Assembly: GCA_050084985.1 (NCBI GenBank)
Contig: JBITNC010000002.1
Span: 10,540,001-10,604,000, forward strand
DNA: 64,000 bases
From: Nageia nagi
Lineage: Eukaryota; Plantae; Pinophyta
Direction: 5' to 3'
The notes beneath the pieces were generated by a model. That model did no database searches. It saw only the letters and a list, made by a program, of their open reading frames with translations, and was not told the origin of the DNA. The position numbers and the translations under genes were made by a program. Of this stretch, positions 1 through 14,500 are shown piece by piece. Position 1 is the stretch's first letter. Every line of letters starts with the position of its first letter.

Positions 1-715
1 GTTGTCAAATCATAAAAAGAATTATGGCTCTTTCGTGTCACTAGAAGTTACTTCAAAAATCGTAATTCCCTTCAAAATAGTAACATCAAATAATAGTTTG
101 ATAGATTATTTCTCCAACATGTTCCAAACTAACTATGCATGTGATGTTACCATAATAATGCAATATTGTTTGTTGGGTCAACCTTTGTAAATCAAGATAT
201 TAAGGATGATGCCTTTACCCATTTTTTAGAACCCAAAAGAGTGGATCGAGTTTGTGGCATCGACAAAGGTGTATCACCAACTACTATGATTGCTATCGAT
301 CATTGTAAGGTATAAATTCACCACATACATAATGAATTAGAAAAAAATAAATAAAATGTTTAAATAAGAGATAAAGGTAAATATTGTAACTATTCATGAA
401 GAGTATGAGAAAAGGATGGATAATTCAATAGTACAAATTTCACATATAGAGGTCTATTAAATTTTTTCATGATTTCATATTTGAAATGCTTATATGTTGA
501 ACCCCTAAATTGTAATGATTAATTGCACATAATTCCATAGGCTAATGAAAAATAAGATACCTAAGAAGATCAAAGGATTAACAACAACTTTGTAAGTGCT
601 AACCAAGGTTTACCAAATATGGTATAATCACTATTATCTCAAGTTTAAAATTATAGATTTAGTTACTATGAAGTGTATTTAACTGGGCTATTAATTTTTC
701 ATGCAATGATTACAA

Positions 716-898
716 ATGATATCAACTTCTAAATTTGATAGAAAATGCTTCTTCTTGACTACAAATAGTCATGTAGTGGCCAAAGCCATATGGTTTAGTG
801 ACAACCATGAGGAAAGGGTGCATCATGTCCCTTTACGTTCAGATTATTGTAAAGTCAGAAGGAGGGTTGTTCGTAAAGTGGATGTCAAATTGTATTGA
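716..898 (+). mobile_element. CACTA (En/Spm) TnpA/Tnp1-like accessory-protein fragment
   Basis: HVVAKAIWFSDNHEERVHHVPLRSDYCKVR fits the VAxG...VHxxPLxxDxxKV motif of CACTA-associated Tnp1/En/Spm proteins; followed by a repeat-rich region and palindromic motifs. Confidence 0.5.
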
Positions 899-1049
899 CC
901 ATGTGGTGATTATGAGACATTATAAGAAAATATATGTGACTTCTTTATTGCTTGGTCAATTTTTTTTTTCCTATCTTAAAATATGAGATAATTTAGCAGT
1001 ATTATTGAACATATTTGGAATGTTTTTGTGATGTGTGAAACTACAGAGA

Positions 1050-4000
1050 ATATTTAAATTATTTGAGCTTATATTTAAATTATGATATGTGAAATGAAAT
1101 GAATTAAATACATCATATTATTTGCACATCCTTGTTGTAGCCATTAATTACATATCCTGCAATCATAAGATTAATCATTGTACATGTATTGTTGACCTTA
1201 TTGGTTGTGCAAGCTATCTTGAAGGAGCTTTGAAACTCACTACCAAAATACACCATATGAATGTGATATGATTTTTTTTTTACTTTTCACTATATGATAT
1301 GATATGAAATGATTTAAATACACCATATCCTCCAAAAATTGGCTTAAAGAAGGAAAATAACTATTCAACCTATAATTTTTTCAAGTATCAAAAATTAGTC
1401 CAAAAGTAATAAGTTGAAAAATAATAATTTTGTAATAGTTATCCAAATATAGAAAAAATATGTGGTTCCCAAGTGGTTCATCAAATCAAGGTTTTAGGGA
1501 GTCCTTGTTGTAGCTATGAATTGCATTTTCTCTAACCATTACAGTCTATGAGATTACATTTGCATCATGCATCATCCACATTTTACATTCATGTCTATCA
1601 AGTTTTATGTTCCATTTTATTTTTTCCAAAAAGTGCTAATTAAGTGTGTGGATGTGTCTACTTGGTGCTTGTAAATCAAAATATCATGATAGCGCTACTG
1701 TAGAGCATATCTGAATCATTTGAGCATAATTTTGTAATCTTTAATCATACTTTTGGTATACTTGATCATTTGAGAATAATTGTAGAGTATATTTGAATCT
1801 TATTGAGTTTCTTCAAGATAGACTGGATGACCAAGAAGGTGAGCATAAGCATTGATGTAACAAAATTTACTCAACATTTTGCATTGCATGTAATTTTGTA
1901 CATGTTATTTTGCAGTAGGTATCTTAATCATTATAGACATTGTAGGCAATGAAATTGTGTTTTGTATCATGAATCTTATTAAACAATTCCCAAGCCATGT
2001 ATCATGCATCTGCATAAAAGTCCACAATTCTTATCATACAATGGTATTGGATAATTTCATATCATATATTTGAAGCATTGAGGTTAGTCACGTGGTAACA
2101 TTATGAACAATGTTGAAGTGTAACAATGATACATCTATTGAGAGATTCTAAATGTAGCTAGCCTTAACTTATCTAATTCATGATATTTTAAATAGGTTAT
2201 TATGGGGGGGAGATATATTGTTGTGCTTATTAGGTAGGTAAGACAACATAGCATTTAAATTAATGGGTTGAACAATTACTAAGTATTATAAGCATATTTT
2301 TTGCCAACATACTACTTTTGGATTGGTTTTTGACACTTTCGTAAAGTATAGTGTTTCTCATGTACCTAAGTTTACACCTAACAATTGCATCTGCTTAAAA
2401 GTATCTACAATCTTTCATTTTGTGCATATCTGATAATCATAAGATTAATCATTATACATGAACTATTAACCTACTTGGCTGCAACATAGGTTATCTTGAG
2501 GGAGCTTTGAACTTCATTACCAAAATACCCATAAACCTTGAATTGGGTGTATATATGTGTGTACTTGGTGCTTGTAAATCAAATGTTATGGCTAATGCAA
2601 ACTATCTTGAGAATCACCTATTAGACATGGTATAAAGTATTTTGCTTCATTTATGCCAATGTTTGTAGGGAAAAATAATTTCATGTCATATGGTACAATT
2701 GCAATTATCTCATCTCACCTCTCCTCTCCTCTACCCCATGCCTCTACTTGTACCACTTATCACTTGTGGTGGCCTCTTTCATTGCTTGATTTATATGAGA
2801 ATTTTTTTACAAAATATATTATGATATGATATAAAATGATTTAAATACACCATATGATCAAAAAACTAGCTTGGATAAGGAAACCATGTGTTCAACCTAG
2901 AAATTTTCTTGAAGAAAGAAAGTTAACCCTTATTTATCTAATTGATGGTGTTTTGAATAGGTTATCTTGGGGGAAGATTTCTTATCGCAGAGGTAAGATA
3001 ACATAGCATTTAAATTTATGGTTTGAACATATGCTAAGTATTACAAGTATGTTTTTACCAACTTACCACTTATAGATTGGTTTTTAACACTTTTGTAAAG
3101 TATAATGTTTCATTATGTACCCAATTTTACACTTGACAATTACATATGCTTAAAAGTCTCTACAGTATTTCATTTTGTGCATATCCTGCAATTGTAGGAT
3201 TAATCATTATACATAAATTATTGATCTACCTAGTCATGAAAATGTTTTTCTCAAGGGAGCTTCAAACTTCATTTCCAAAATACTCATAAACCTTAAATTG
3301 GGTGTGTGCATGTGTGTACTTGGTGCTCGTAAATAGAATGTTGTGGCTTGTGCAGACCATCTTGAGAATCACCTACTAGACATAATGTAAAGTATTTTGC
3401 TTCATCTATACCTATGTATATTGGGAAAAAGCATTTCATGTCATATGGTATAGTTGCAATTGTCTTATCTCACTTCTTCTCTCCTCTACCCCATGCCTCT
3501 ACTTGTATCACTTATCACTTATGAGATATTTCATTGCTTGATTTGTATGAGAAATTTTTTACAAAATAAATTATGATATGTTATGAAATGATTTTAATAC
3601 ACCATATTGAAGGGATTGAAATCTAACAAATACAATCCTAAACTACCAAGACCACATGGAAGCTCACTCTAACCTAAGAAACTCAAGCATACGCAATCTC
3701 ACAAAGTGACTCAAGATATAAAGTGGTTCCTCCAACTAGAAGTACATCCACTAATTAGATCTCATTTCATTCACAAAGACTACACTCTTACAATCTTCCT
3801 AACTTCATATCCTAAACACTATCCTAGAGCATAACTTTGCTTCACAAATTGGTGAGTGATCACAAAGAGGGGGCCTTCTATTTATAGGCCAAAATCCCTC
3901 TTTGGATTATTCTTTTAACCAATGTAAAAAGGCATGACATGCTACTCCCTTTTACCCAAGGGGCATGCTCATGACATGGAGTGTAGAACAAGTTACATTA

Positions 4001-4760
4001 TCATATTCACTTAAATACTTAAGGTATCCAGTGATACCATTAAGTATTAGTGAATTTAAAAGGAGGATTATTACAAAACCCTTACAATAATGCATTATAC
4101 ATTCCAACACATATGATAAAAAAATTGGCTTGGAGAAGGAAACGAACTATTCAACCTATAATTTTTCTTGAAGAAGGAAAGCAACTATTTAACTTAGAAA
4201 TTTTCTAAGTGTCAAAAACCATTTCAAAAGTGGTAAGTTAGCATCTTTGTTGTACCCATGAAATCGCATTTGCATCATGCATCTTCCACATTGTAGTGCA
4301 TAAAATTATGTTTGCATCATGCATTTTCCACATTACAGTGCATAAAACTATGTTTGCATCCTGCATCTTCCATATTTTGCATACATGTCTAGTAAATTTT
4401 ATGTTCCATTTCAAATTTTCAAAAAATGCTTCTTAGGAATGGATGTGTCTACTTGGTGCTTGTAAATTGAATGTTGTGGTAGCAATACTATATAACATAT
4501 TTGAATCATTTGAGCAATAATTAAAGTTGTAGAGCATATTTGAATCATTCAAGAAATAATTGGAACTATAGAGCATTTTTAAATAATTTCATATATCATA
4601 TGCATTTACATAATTTTTATATCATATGGTGTACTTAGACCATTTTATATCATATAGCATAGTTGCATCATTTCAGACCATATAACATACTTAGATGAAT
4701 TTCATATCATATGTTGGTGAATTTGGATCATTTTATATCATATGGTGCACTTGATCATAT
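1050..4760. repeat. Degenerate tandem/dispersed repeat region (~765-bp unit at ~2173-2938 and ~2939-4200, plus shorter ~45-bp units at ~4265-4385), probably inside the CACTA remnant
   Basis: Blocks such as 'gtaagacaacatagcatttaaat', 'tacttggtgcttgtaaatc' and 'ctctaccccatgcctctacttgta' recur; the second long unit is interrupted by a solo LTR. Confidence 0.8.
3608..4109 (-). mobile_element. Solo LTR (502 bp, Copia-like termini)
   Basis: TG...CA ends; perfect 5-bp TSD CATAT (3603-3607, 4110-4114); the empty site is seen in the sister repeat at ~2846 (atacaccatatgatc); minus-strand TATA (ctataaatag) near 3880. Confidence 0.9.
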
Positions 4761-4920
4761 ATATATTGGGCCATCCTCAGGAGTCTATGGCCAACATCAT
4801 AATTGGGCTCACTATGATTGAGCTCAAGTGCCATGGGTAATCAATGATGACATAGCTTGAAACAATTCTTCAATTTTGAAGAATGCTTCCATGCTATGTC
4901 ATTTTTTTAATGTGATTAAT

Positions 4921-5060
4921 ATGTAGTGGTTTTAAACTACTACATAAATGTATAAAAGGAATAATTAAAACTATCACTTTAAAGAATAATGAGGCAGGTT
5001 GAACGATGATTTAAGTTGCCCATATTAGTTCCTAAAGAAGTGGTTTATAACCACTTCTTT
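4921..5060. repeat. Palindromic subterminal-type motifs of a DNA transposon
   Basis: atgtagtggttttaaactactacat (4921-4945) and aaagaagtggtttataaccacttcttt (5034-5060). Confidence 0.55.
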
Positions 5061-5118
5061 TTGACATTATGTAGCAGTTTTTGGTGTCATATACTGGAAG
5101 ATATTAGTCATCATCTTA

Positions 5119-8100
5119 GAAAGAAAGAAAGAAATAAATTATATTAATGTCCATGGATGAATAAAAGCAATCAATGGGACTGAAGGGTATACAAGTCTAA
5201 AGCAGCATGGTGGGCTCAATGGCCCTCATTCAAAGTAAACTATGAAAATTCTAAAAATGATAAAGGGGCTAACCTCTAAATAGTTGACTAAAGAAACATA
5301 ATAAGCAAATATGGTTAGAGGGGAGGTCTCTCATGATCTATCTGATTGTGCACTTTTAGGATGATATGTGTTTGCATCTATGCTGATGTAGCTAAATAAG
5401 GTCATGATACGTTGAGATTCAAAAGAACTAAGGTCAACATGCACCCTCTATCTGATACATCGAGTAGGCCAAGATGAGTCCTTAATTCTCCTATGAGCTC
5501 CCTCTTTTGAAGCCACTAGGAAGAAAGAGGTAATCATGATCTAAAAATTTGGATCCTTTCAACATTTAGTAATCTCCATTTTAGTGTGTTTAGTGTGATC
5601 ATTTTATCTTCAACTTTTCGATGCTTCTTTCGGATCGAAAATCCGAGTCTATATGTGGAAGTTATGGCATTAAGTCCAGTTTGAGTATTTTTGAAAAAAA
5701 AAAAAAAATTTCAAAATCTGGCAGGACCTGCCCTCCACCATGGAGGCCACATAGGTGATCGCGCCTGCGAAGGACCACATCAAAGGTTGACTACCTTTGT
5801 GGAGGTCAAATCCCATGCTTGTCCCTCGCCTGCCACGTGTAGTCCATGTCAGCTATTTGACCATTTGACCACGTTTGCCTGTGAGTTCATGCATGCAACT
5901 TGCCAACCGCATGCACCCCATCCATGCCAACCTACCTGATCACCTACGTGTACCGCCTACCCAGTCAACAAGCTATTTGACCACCATTTGATCGTTGACC
6001 GCCTGCCACATGTCACCACCATAGCACACCTGCCCATTTTTAGATTTATTTAATGTATTTTGGCATTTTTTCTAAGTTTTTTGGTGATTTTTGATTCTCC
6101 TAAGGTCCTATTATTGGGTTGAGTTTATCCAGTAAGCCTGTAATAGTCCAAAGAGCATTTTTTTTATTTTAGATCTCATTTTTGGGAGATTTTGGAAACC
6201 ATTTGAGCTCAAATTTGATAGGAAGATCAAGGAGGTTAATGGGTATCTAAAAATGTATTTTTCCCCAAATTTTAGAGTTGTAATTCTCTCTAATTTTAGC
6301 TCCAAAAATTGTATAAAAAGGGAGCAAATTGTACAAGAGAGATTAGAAGGAGGATTTCAGGAATTATTTTAGTTTTGTTGTGATTTTCAGAGCTGAGAGT
6401 GTATTGTGAATGTGAGAGGAGGCCTTGCAAAGTGATTCCACCCATTGATAGTAGAGAGCTTTTGAGCTGGATGTAGCCCACATTGGGTGAACCAGGATAA
6501 ATTTTGGCTTGTCTCTTCTATGGTGAATGCTTTTCTCTTCTCTGTGTTTACAAGTTTATTCTTGATTTTCCTTTACAAGCACTTAATTATTTTAAGTGTG
6601 AATTGATCCATTTGAAAGTTTAAATTTGAAAAATTGTAATCTTATATTTTATGGATCAAATCAAGTGATCACCTGTTGGGTGTTGGGAGGTAGATAATAG
6701 GCATTTCCTGAGAAGGAAAGTCTCTTTAAGATAGAGTTCCAAACAACGATGGTTGGAGAATTGAAATAATGTCGAGATCGAGCTATAAGCATCCTAAAAA
6801 AGATAGTGATATTGCCCATGAATCTCATAATAAACTAAACATTTAAAGATGAAATGATTCTCTATCTAAGGTTATATCAAGCATAATTGATAAACTCAAA
6901 GCTCACATGCCAAATGGTGATCAGTCTCTATCTAAAGTTGATGGGAGCACACTCTAAACTAGCCTAGAAACATCTGTAAGCCAAGAGGGAGGTGTAGATA
7001 GATGTAATTAGGGGGTTAAATCAACCCTCTAATAATTCTCATGAAGTGAAGAGAGTAGTGCAATAGCTTGGGTGTGAGGGGAGGTTGGGGGGAAACCCAA
7101 GTGTGTTGTATATAGGCCCTATAGGGTATGTCTCTAATCAAAGCCAATATAACATCTGGGTCTTTATGTGTGTCTCCTTGGGGTATAGGTAGCTGGTCTG
7201 ATGAGACCCCAAAACATTGTAATACCTCAAAGGCCTCATAGAACCAACACCAATGATAACCCTAAGCTACCAAGTCCATGGATGATGCCAAGGCTTGAAA
7301 GGTGAGTTAATCCTCTGTACTCGTAAAAGCAAAGGTGTGTAAACGATGAAGAAAAGAACCATCAATGCAAGGGATCATATTTGTAAAGGTGGGTAGCCAA
7401 ACTTTACCAACGTAATGTGGTGCAAAATAGATCTCTTGCTCTGAACAGAGAGTGATAGAGTGCTAACCAAGATCCTCTCAATTGTGGTCCAATCCAAGCT
7501 CCTCAAGCTAGGGCCCCAAACTTTAGTAGCATACAATACTATGGGAGTGACACCAAAGTGTGGAATAACTGGAGCTTGGATGGGATATCTTGGAAATGGA
7601 GCTAGACACTTTGTCTCTTTAGGGAGGACACTATAACATATCCTCATTGTATTCTAGGTGGGGATACCATTTGCATAGAAAATCAAGGTCCCATGAAGAG
7701 CACTCCTAAATAGATGTAAGATGTGGCCGTCTCGATAACCCTACCTCTGTAAGTGATATGAGTTTGATCAACAATGGTCTTCAAGGTGTTGAAGACCATA
7801 ATATTGGTTTTGTTGAGATTAGCCACCAAGTCCTATCTAGTGCTCAACAAATCAAGGGTATCCATCAAATGTTGAAGACCCTATATTATGTGTGAGAGTA
7901 GCACAATATCATCGAAAAAGAGGAGAATGGAAACATGAGTGTTATGGAGTAGACACTTTGTGTCGATGCTGATAGTCTGGAGTATAAGTAACTCTAACTC
8001 ATCAATATAGAGATCGAAGAGAGCTGGAGAAAGCGAGCAACCCTACTTCACCTCGATGGTGCTATGAATCATGTAAAATAGGCATTTTGCAATACGCACC

Positions 8101-9400
8101 CTCCTTGAAATCGACTAGTATAGAGTCAAGATGGATATTATGCCTATCTTAGGGATCCTCAATTGTCTAAGTCTATCCATAAGTCTATGGTATGGGACAA
8201 TATCAAAAGCCTTACTAAAATTTATAAAGCAATTGAAAATTAGGGTCTTTTGAAACTTCAATAATTGCTTGAAGGGTGAGGCTGTGGTTGGTGGTATAGT
8301 GATTTATGTGAAAACCTACCTATCCTCCTACTTTAAAGCCTCTAGTGTCTTTCAGTTGAGATGTGTAGTCCTCAAGAATGGTGGCATAAATATTGGCCAT
8401 AGTATGACCAATCATAATGGTGCGGTAATTGCTTAGGTCAGAAGAGTCACTTGATTTATGGATGGGGTGGATAATGTTCAAGGTCTAGGGGTGGGGAATC
8501 TAGTGCAAATGATGGTGTTGAATAGATGGGAGAGGAAGAGGGGCAATTTGGAACTAGCATGCTTGAGATATTTAGCTTTAAGGTTTTCAATGTCAAATGC
8601 TTTCTCATAACTAAGCTTACGAATGGCTTTATGGATGAGGGGAGGGGAAAAGAAGTCAGAGAAGGAAGGGCGAGTGATGATAGGTGAATGGATGAGGTTA
8701 GGATCAGTGTAGAGTTGAGAGGCATAAATGCTCTAATCCTGTAAAGTGATCTAGCTAATGTGGTATCTTCTGGGTGAGAAAGAGTGCCAAAAAGATTTGG
8801 GATCATTATAGAGTGTTGAGATGATTTCTTATCATCTTTTGGATAGGAAGTGGTGCTTGTTGGTTAGTAAGAGCTAACAGTAAGAGCGATGTAGGGAATG
8901 GATTACATGGGGGGCTTTGCAAAGATGATGGCCTATTTGAGTTGGCAATGGCTAGATTTACATTCCACATCAAATCATTAGTTCATTAGGGAATGGTCAA
9001 GACATCGAGGGTGGGATGGGGGGTGGATGTTATGAGGGAAAATCTACATGACAATGGATTGTAGGGTATCAAAAAGGAAAAGTGTTTGATCATTGATGTA
9101 GAAGAAAGAGTGCATATGGGAAGTTTTTATTTTAGGATAGAGTTATAATTGGGGTCAAGGTCCCAACCAAAGTGGATGGTTATACGAGGTGTATGAGGGT
9201 TGGGGTGATGGGTTGATAGGGAGGTGACATGAGTGGGAGTCTATGAGAAAAAGGGTCAGGTGGGCATGGTTAACAAGGGGGAGACAAGGGGCTACATGAA
9301 AGGTTTGGCATAAGGGGACAAGTGGGGGCTAACAAGGACATAATCCACAACATTGGACCCACTTACATGAGAGGGGTCTTTGGGTGGTGACCTTATACGT
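5119..9400 (-). mobile_element. Decayed RTE/RTEX-like LINE (AP-endonuclease remnant + RT), interrupted by a solo LTR
   Basis: Minus strand: GSNVVDYVLVSP (~9330-9365), CFINFSKAFDIVP (~8195-8235), SPALFDLYIDELE, LLFFDDIVLL (~7900-7925); (TTTC)n tail and 3' end shared with other copies. Confidence 0.85.
5537..6658 (+). mobile_element. Solo LTR (1122 bp)
   Basis: Ends tgatctaaaaat...atttttatggatca; perfect TSD AATCA (5532-5536, 6659-6663); TATA-like gtataaaaagg at ~6311. Confidence 0.85.
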
Positions 9401-10579
9401 GATGGGTAGATAACTATCGATAAATATATTAAATGATGGTTTAAAACTACCCCCAAAATCCCTTTTTGGTCTAATGATGATTGAAAGGAGAAATCAAATG
9501 CCTCGGATTTCACCCCCTCATTTGTTTGTAATGGTTTAGTAACATTTTGAGTGTTAAGATAAATTAGGGTTTTAACACCCCTTTTCCTATTTTGCATCCT
9601 TCCATGCTCGAACAAATCCAAACCCCCTTTATGGTATGATTTTTAAGCCCACCTAAAACAACAACTTATGCCATTCCTATGGATCTCATCATCCATAAAT
9701 AGGTTTGGGTCATCTCTATTGTTGACTCCCTTATCTCCATCGCCTTTAAACTTGCTCTTACCATTTCCAAGTCTAGGAGTTTGTTCATATCTAATAATCT
9801 AGTTAGTTTAATAATCATCATGCCATATTTTACTAATATCGTTATTTTTTTGACCTAAAAATCTAGAGTAATTTTATGCCTATGTCATCCTAAAGCACCT
9901 TTGAAGTGTCTTCTAAAAAATTACATTTAAATGTATTCATAAACATATTATTTATGTTTCAATAAGGTGAAATTTAGACAATTAAAATATTATCTTTGGT
10001 AATTTTAGTTATCTAACTTAACTAATGTGTTCCATCATTTAATATTTCAATATAAATATTGTTAGTATTTATGATAAATATGTAATTACTTAAGTAATAG
10101 TTACCTCTTTTCAAGGGAAAGTTCACAACTTGAAATTTATTTTAGATCAAATAAATTATAAAAAAATGTTATTTACTACATATACATAGAGAGAAATAAC
10201 TAGGAGTTCATATAATCGAAAACATTCTTATCTTCATTTCCTATCATCTTTGTTGATTTGTTAACATCTATAATATATTTACCTCCATATTAAGCACTTA
10301 TCACACTTGAACTATTGTCTATCTTCTCATTCATAGCTCTTAAAAGTTACTCTATATACATTTTTATAAGGATTGCCAAAATCATAATGATTTTAAATAA
10401 CTACAAAATAGGACTTGAAGATCGACATTACATTTATATGGAATATTACAAAATTTATTAAAAGATTCATATAACTATTTTCAAATCTTCTACTTTCTTA
10501 CTATCATATCAAATCTTTCATTTCAATTAACTAAACAAAAAATTCAAAATTTAATCACTCATAAAAAATACACTTATCA

Positions 10580-10798
10580 TGAATTGATGGATAAGGGAGT
10601 TGAAGAGGTAGGTAGTTCAAAGCTATCGAATGTGGAAGGCCTAGGTTCAAAACTCTTTGCCCCTAAAAGTTGAAACATACAAAAAATCCTATCAAGTTGA
10701 TAGTAGGTGTGGACAAGGCCATGATAGTGCCTTGAGTGGATTTTGACGGAATAGATACCTTTTGATTGTAGCTCTAAGCTTAAACAAATAAAAAAAAA
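10580..10798 (+). mobile_element. tRNA-derived SINE (decayed)
   Basis: TSD ACACTTATCA (10570-10579, 10799-10808), poly(A) tail, B-box-like GGTTCAAAACT at 10644-10654; A box not clear. Confidence 0.65.
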
Positions 10799-11120
10799 AC
10801 ACTTATCAACATAAATTCTTCAAAATTCTACATCTAATTCAAAATTTATACCTTGGAATTAGATTCTTTATTTGAGAGAGTTTCTTCAATCAAAGTCATA
10901 TGAGAGTCACACCTAACTCAACCATGTCAGCTTGCCTAAAAACTATTGATTAGACTTTACATATTACCATATTACTAATATGAATGCAAGAGTAAAATTT
11001 TGAACATAATTCTTTTTCAACTTGAAAAATTTCCCACCCACTTACCTCTCCAACTTTCCTCAAGATATGATATTGAAAATAATTTTGATATTTAATGTCA
11101 TTGTTACAAAATAAGAAGTA

Positions 11121-11507
11121 TGGGCTGAAGATATTTGTGGGGTATAGCAAAGGAAGAAGACCCTTGCTGTCTCCCTTGGAATGTTGAGCGCCAATAATAA
11201 AAGCATCTACAATCCAATTACCTGCAACAATCCGCTTTTGAGATAACACGATTTATCGCAGGTTCCCCAAGTCTTCTGGTGACCTTGTCCACTCTGCCGA
11301 AAAAATCTCTTCTGCTTCAATATCAGCACGCAACTGAAGAAGTGGAGAAGAGTTTTTCCTGCACGCAACGGCATTCTTGGGGGATCGAACATCCAACTAA
11401 TGGCTCGACACATTATATATATACACGATTTGGCTGAAATGCCAAAGAAATTTCCTGCGTGAATTCGGAGGAAAAATCTGCGAAGCAGCGTCTAATTGTA
11501 CCTTGAG
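11121..11507 (+). promoter_or_regulatory. Candidate promoter and 5'-UTR first exon of RECG
   Basis: Local CpG retention in CpG-depleted DNA; site II element TGGGCT at 11121; donor GAG|GTATTT after 11507. Confidence 0.5.
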
Positions 11508-14500
11508 GTATTTTTCTAGAAAGATCTGCTATGTGATTGGTGCCTCATGTTGAATGCTGTTAATATGAATTACGAAATTTGTAGCAGATCAACAACAACA
11601 TATCCAAGGTATCAATTAGCTAAAGTCAAAATCTGAAAGCATGCAAAATGTAGGTATTTCTACATGGCTAAAACCAAGGATTAGATGATTCATTCATGTA
11701 TTTGATATGTGTCCATTGAGATAATCCCTGTGTTTTTGAGTTGGGTCTTCAGTACTTTTGCTGCAAAGAGTCTTAACTGATGAAAATAATTGGGTCGCAG
11801 CTAATGAGAGCACTTTTTCCAATTGTGTAGGCTAAACGACTTTTTAATGTTTTTATTATCAAACAGCTAACCTGCTTTATGCATTCAAGTGCACTCACTT
11901 TCTTCTGATATTGGCAGTGCGAAAATGGTTAAGTATGTCCTATCTAGCATGTTCCTTATTCACCACATTTAGAAGTTTCATCTCTTCCATCGACTCAACA
12001 CTGCTGATGATGCTGTTTAAACCTTTAGTTCCACTATTTCTTACGAGCACTTCCCCTTTTCACCTCTGAGGTCTCCATTACGAATTGGGCTGCAACTCAT
12101 TTTGCTTCTTGGTATGAAAATACTTATGCTTCATGCCCCTCCCATTGTTGTTGGGATGTTTTGTCCCGTCTACAACTGCCAAAAGCCCCAACACAACCAT
12201 ACCTCATTTTTTCCATCTGATTTTGCTATCGAGGTAAGTTGGTAACTAAGCACTGGTTTGTTGCTCCTATTACTGAGTTGCGTAATGACAAATCTATGAC
12301 ACCATGTTTTCCTTCCCGAGTTTTAACTAGGGCTTCTACAATCTTTTTTTTTTTTTGCTCAAAATGGATGGACCTGTTTGGACACTCTTCCTCTTTTTAT
12401 TCACAAGCCAGGCAGTCTGCACATATATGCATCACGAGCTTCTAAACTTATTGTATAAGTGTACTCGCCTCATATGGTAAGTGACTTTTGAGAAGCCTTT
12501 GTTTGTGTCCTCCAAATATTGTTGAGTCAAGCCCAGTCAGCCCTAGGCTTCTAGCCATGATCCCACAATCATCATCAATTTTGTTTTTCCTCTTAACATT
12601 CACTCATGAAGAGCATTGATGCTATTTTTGTTCCTTCTATTGGTGATGTTGCATGATGCTTACAGATATATTTTTAAGTTATGTTTAGCTTAATTTGTTT
12701 TAGTTACATTTTTCTTTGTTTTAACACCCCTTTTAAAACTTATATGATTATTTGTATCTGAATGTTTATTTTGTTGTTCCATTAGCATCCTTTGGTCTCT
12801 TGTGGATATTTAAAATGCTCTTTTTTTTTCCTTTTTACAAATATTGTCATGCCAAATGTCTTTTTATCTTCCTTTGGGAGTTTTGGCTTTGTGACATGGG
12901 AAGAATCAGGTAGTGAGTACTTATGCACTCTGAAACATGGCATGGGTCTAGCCTTAGCAAAAAGTTGGTTTACTCTTAAAGGAGCTACCCTATTAGATAA
13001 TAATTGGGTGCATGGTTTGACAGGTAAGACCTTGAATGCTTTTATAGGGTGTAGTACAAAGCAAAGCTCATAACTTAAACTCAAGCATGGATAAAGATTC
13101 ATTGGACTTGGTGAATGCATGGGCATGGATTGAGTCAAAGTTTTCTGTTAGGTCTTGAGTTGGGTACCCACTCATCCATTGTTTTTGGAAGATAAAAAGA
13201 GGCAACCCCTTTGGTTTGGGTACATATGAATATGAGGAGGTTGTCGCCATTGATCTATGAATATGAGAAGGCACTTGGCCATCTAGAAGTTCGAAAGTCA
13301 TTTAAAAAAACAAAGAAGTTAAAGGGGAGACAAAATATTAAGAGTCAAACGATTTAAGGGGCAGAAAAAAACACCTTTAAAATTTGATCTTGAGCATTGC
13401 TATGATACTTGTTGGCATCATAAATGTGGATCGGGATCAGGGTAAGAGTGTTTCAATTGATGGGTGACTCGAGAATACCATGGTTGCAGAATACTTTGTT
13501 TGAAGTGGCCAACTCTTGGCCTTAATATTATTGTGATGTATTTTTGTACAAGTAAGTTATATATTCATTACAAGTTGGTTTTTAGTCATTTGTGTATGAG
13601 ATATTAGTGGGTTTTTTGGAACTTTATGTTGGTACAAAGCAGGGTTTCTTAGCTTTTGCTAGTTTTCATAGTGGGAAAAGGAAGAGGAAATATGAATTGA
13701 TGCCTTTTGAAGTAATGTAGCCAAGATACAATAGATGAAGTAGTAGAAGTAGATGACAGACATTGTGTTCAGAATAGGTTTAGGTCCATGGAGTGCATTC
13801 TCTTGTCAGTTAAGTGGTTTAGATGGTTGGAAGCTGATGGAGAAGAGGAAAGAAAAAGAGCATAGGCCCATGATGATTTTGGGTTTTAGAGGAGGGAGAG
13901 ATTAAACGTAAGGAGTTGTGTCTAAGGGCTCAAACAACAAGGGAGAAGATGACGATGACCGCTTAAAGTTTGATATGAAGATTGAGAGTCTAGTCTTTTG
14001 AGGAAGAAGCTAAATGCATAGCTCAAAAATCCAAGGTGTGCCGCACCAAGAAGTATTCGAATGTGAAGAAGGTGCATCTTCATATCAAAAGAATAGACTC
14101 TCAACCCACAGATTGTTCGCACAACTTCAGCGTGCATTGCTTAAAATTAACTATGTTCATACCCCTTAGACATCATCCGCACATTGTGTTATCATTAAGC
14201 ATAGTATTTTTGAATATTATGGACTGTTGTCACTTAACCTTTTCCAATTGGAGTATTATATGTTACATGGATTAATACCCTTGGATGAATCCTGTTAGTG
14301 GCTTATATGTTATCAAATCTTCTAAGGTGATTTGGGAATATTTGTGGTGCTATAAACATGCCCTAGCATTCATGAACACATTTCGTGGAGCATATCTTGT
14401 ATCATGTTTGCATTTGTGTGCTTCTATTATCGTGATAATTCTTTGGACTTTGGGGACACAAATCCCTTCAATCAAAATGAATATCCAATTGTATTTTTTG

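Noticed and set aside
11900-12600. Additional LINE fragment
   Set aside because: Composition is suggestive, but no motif could be read with confidence.
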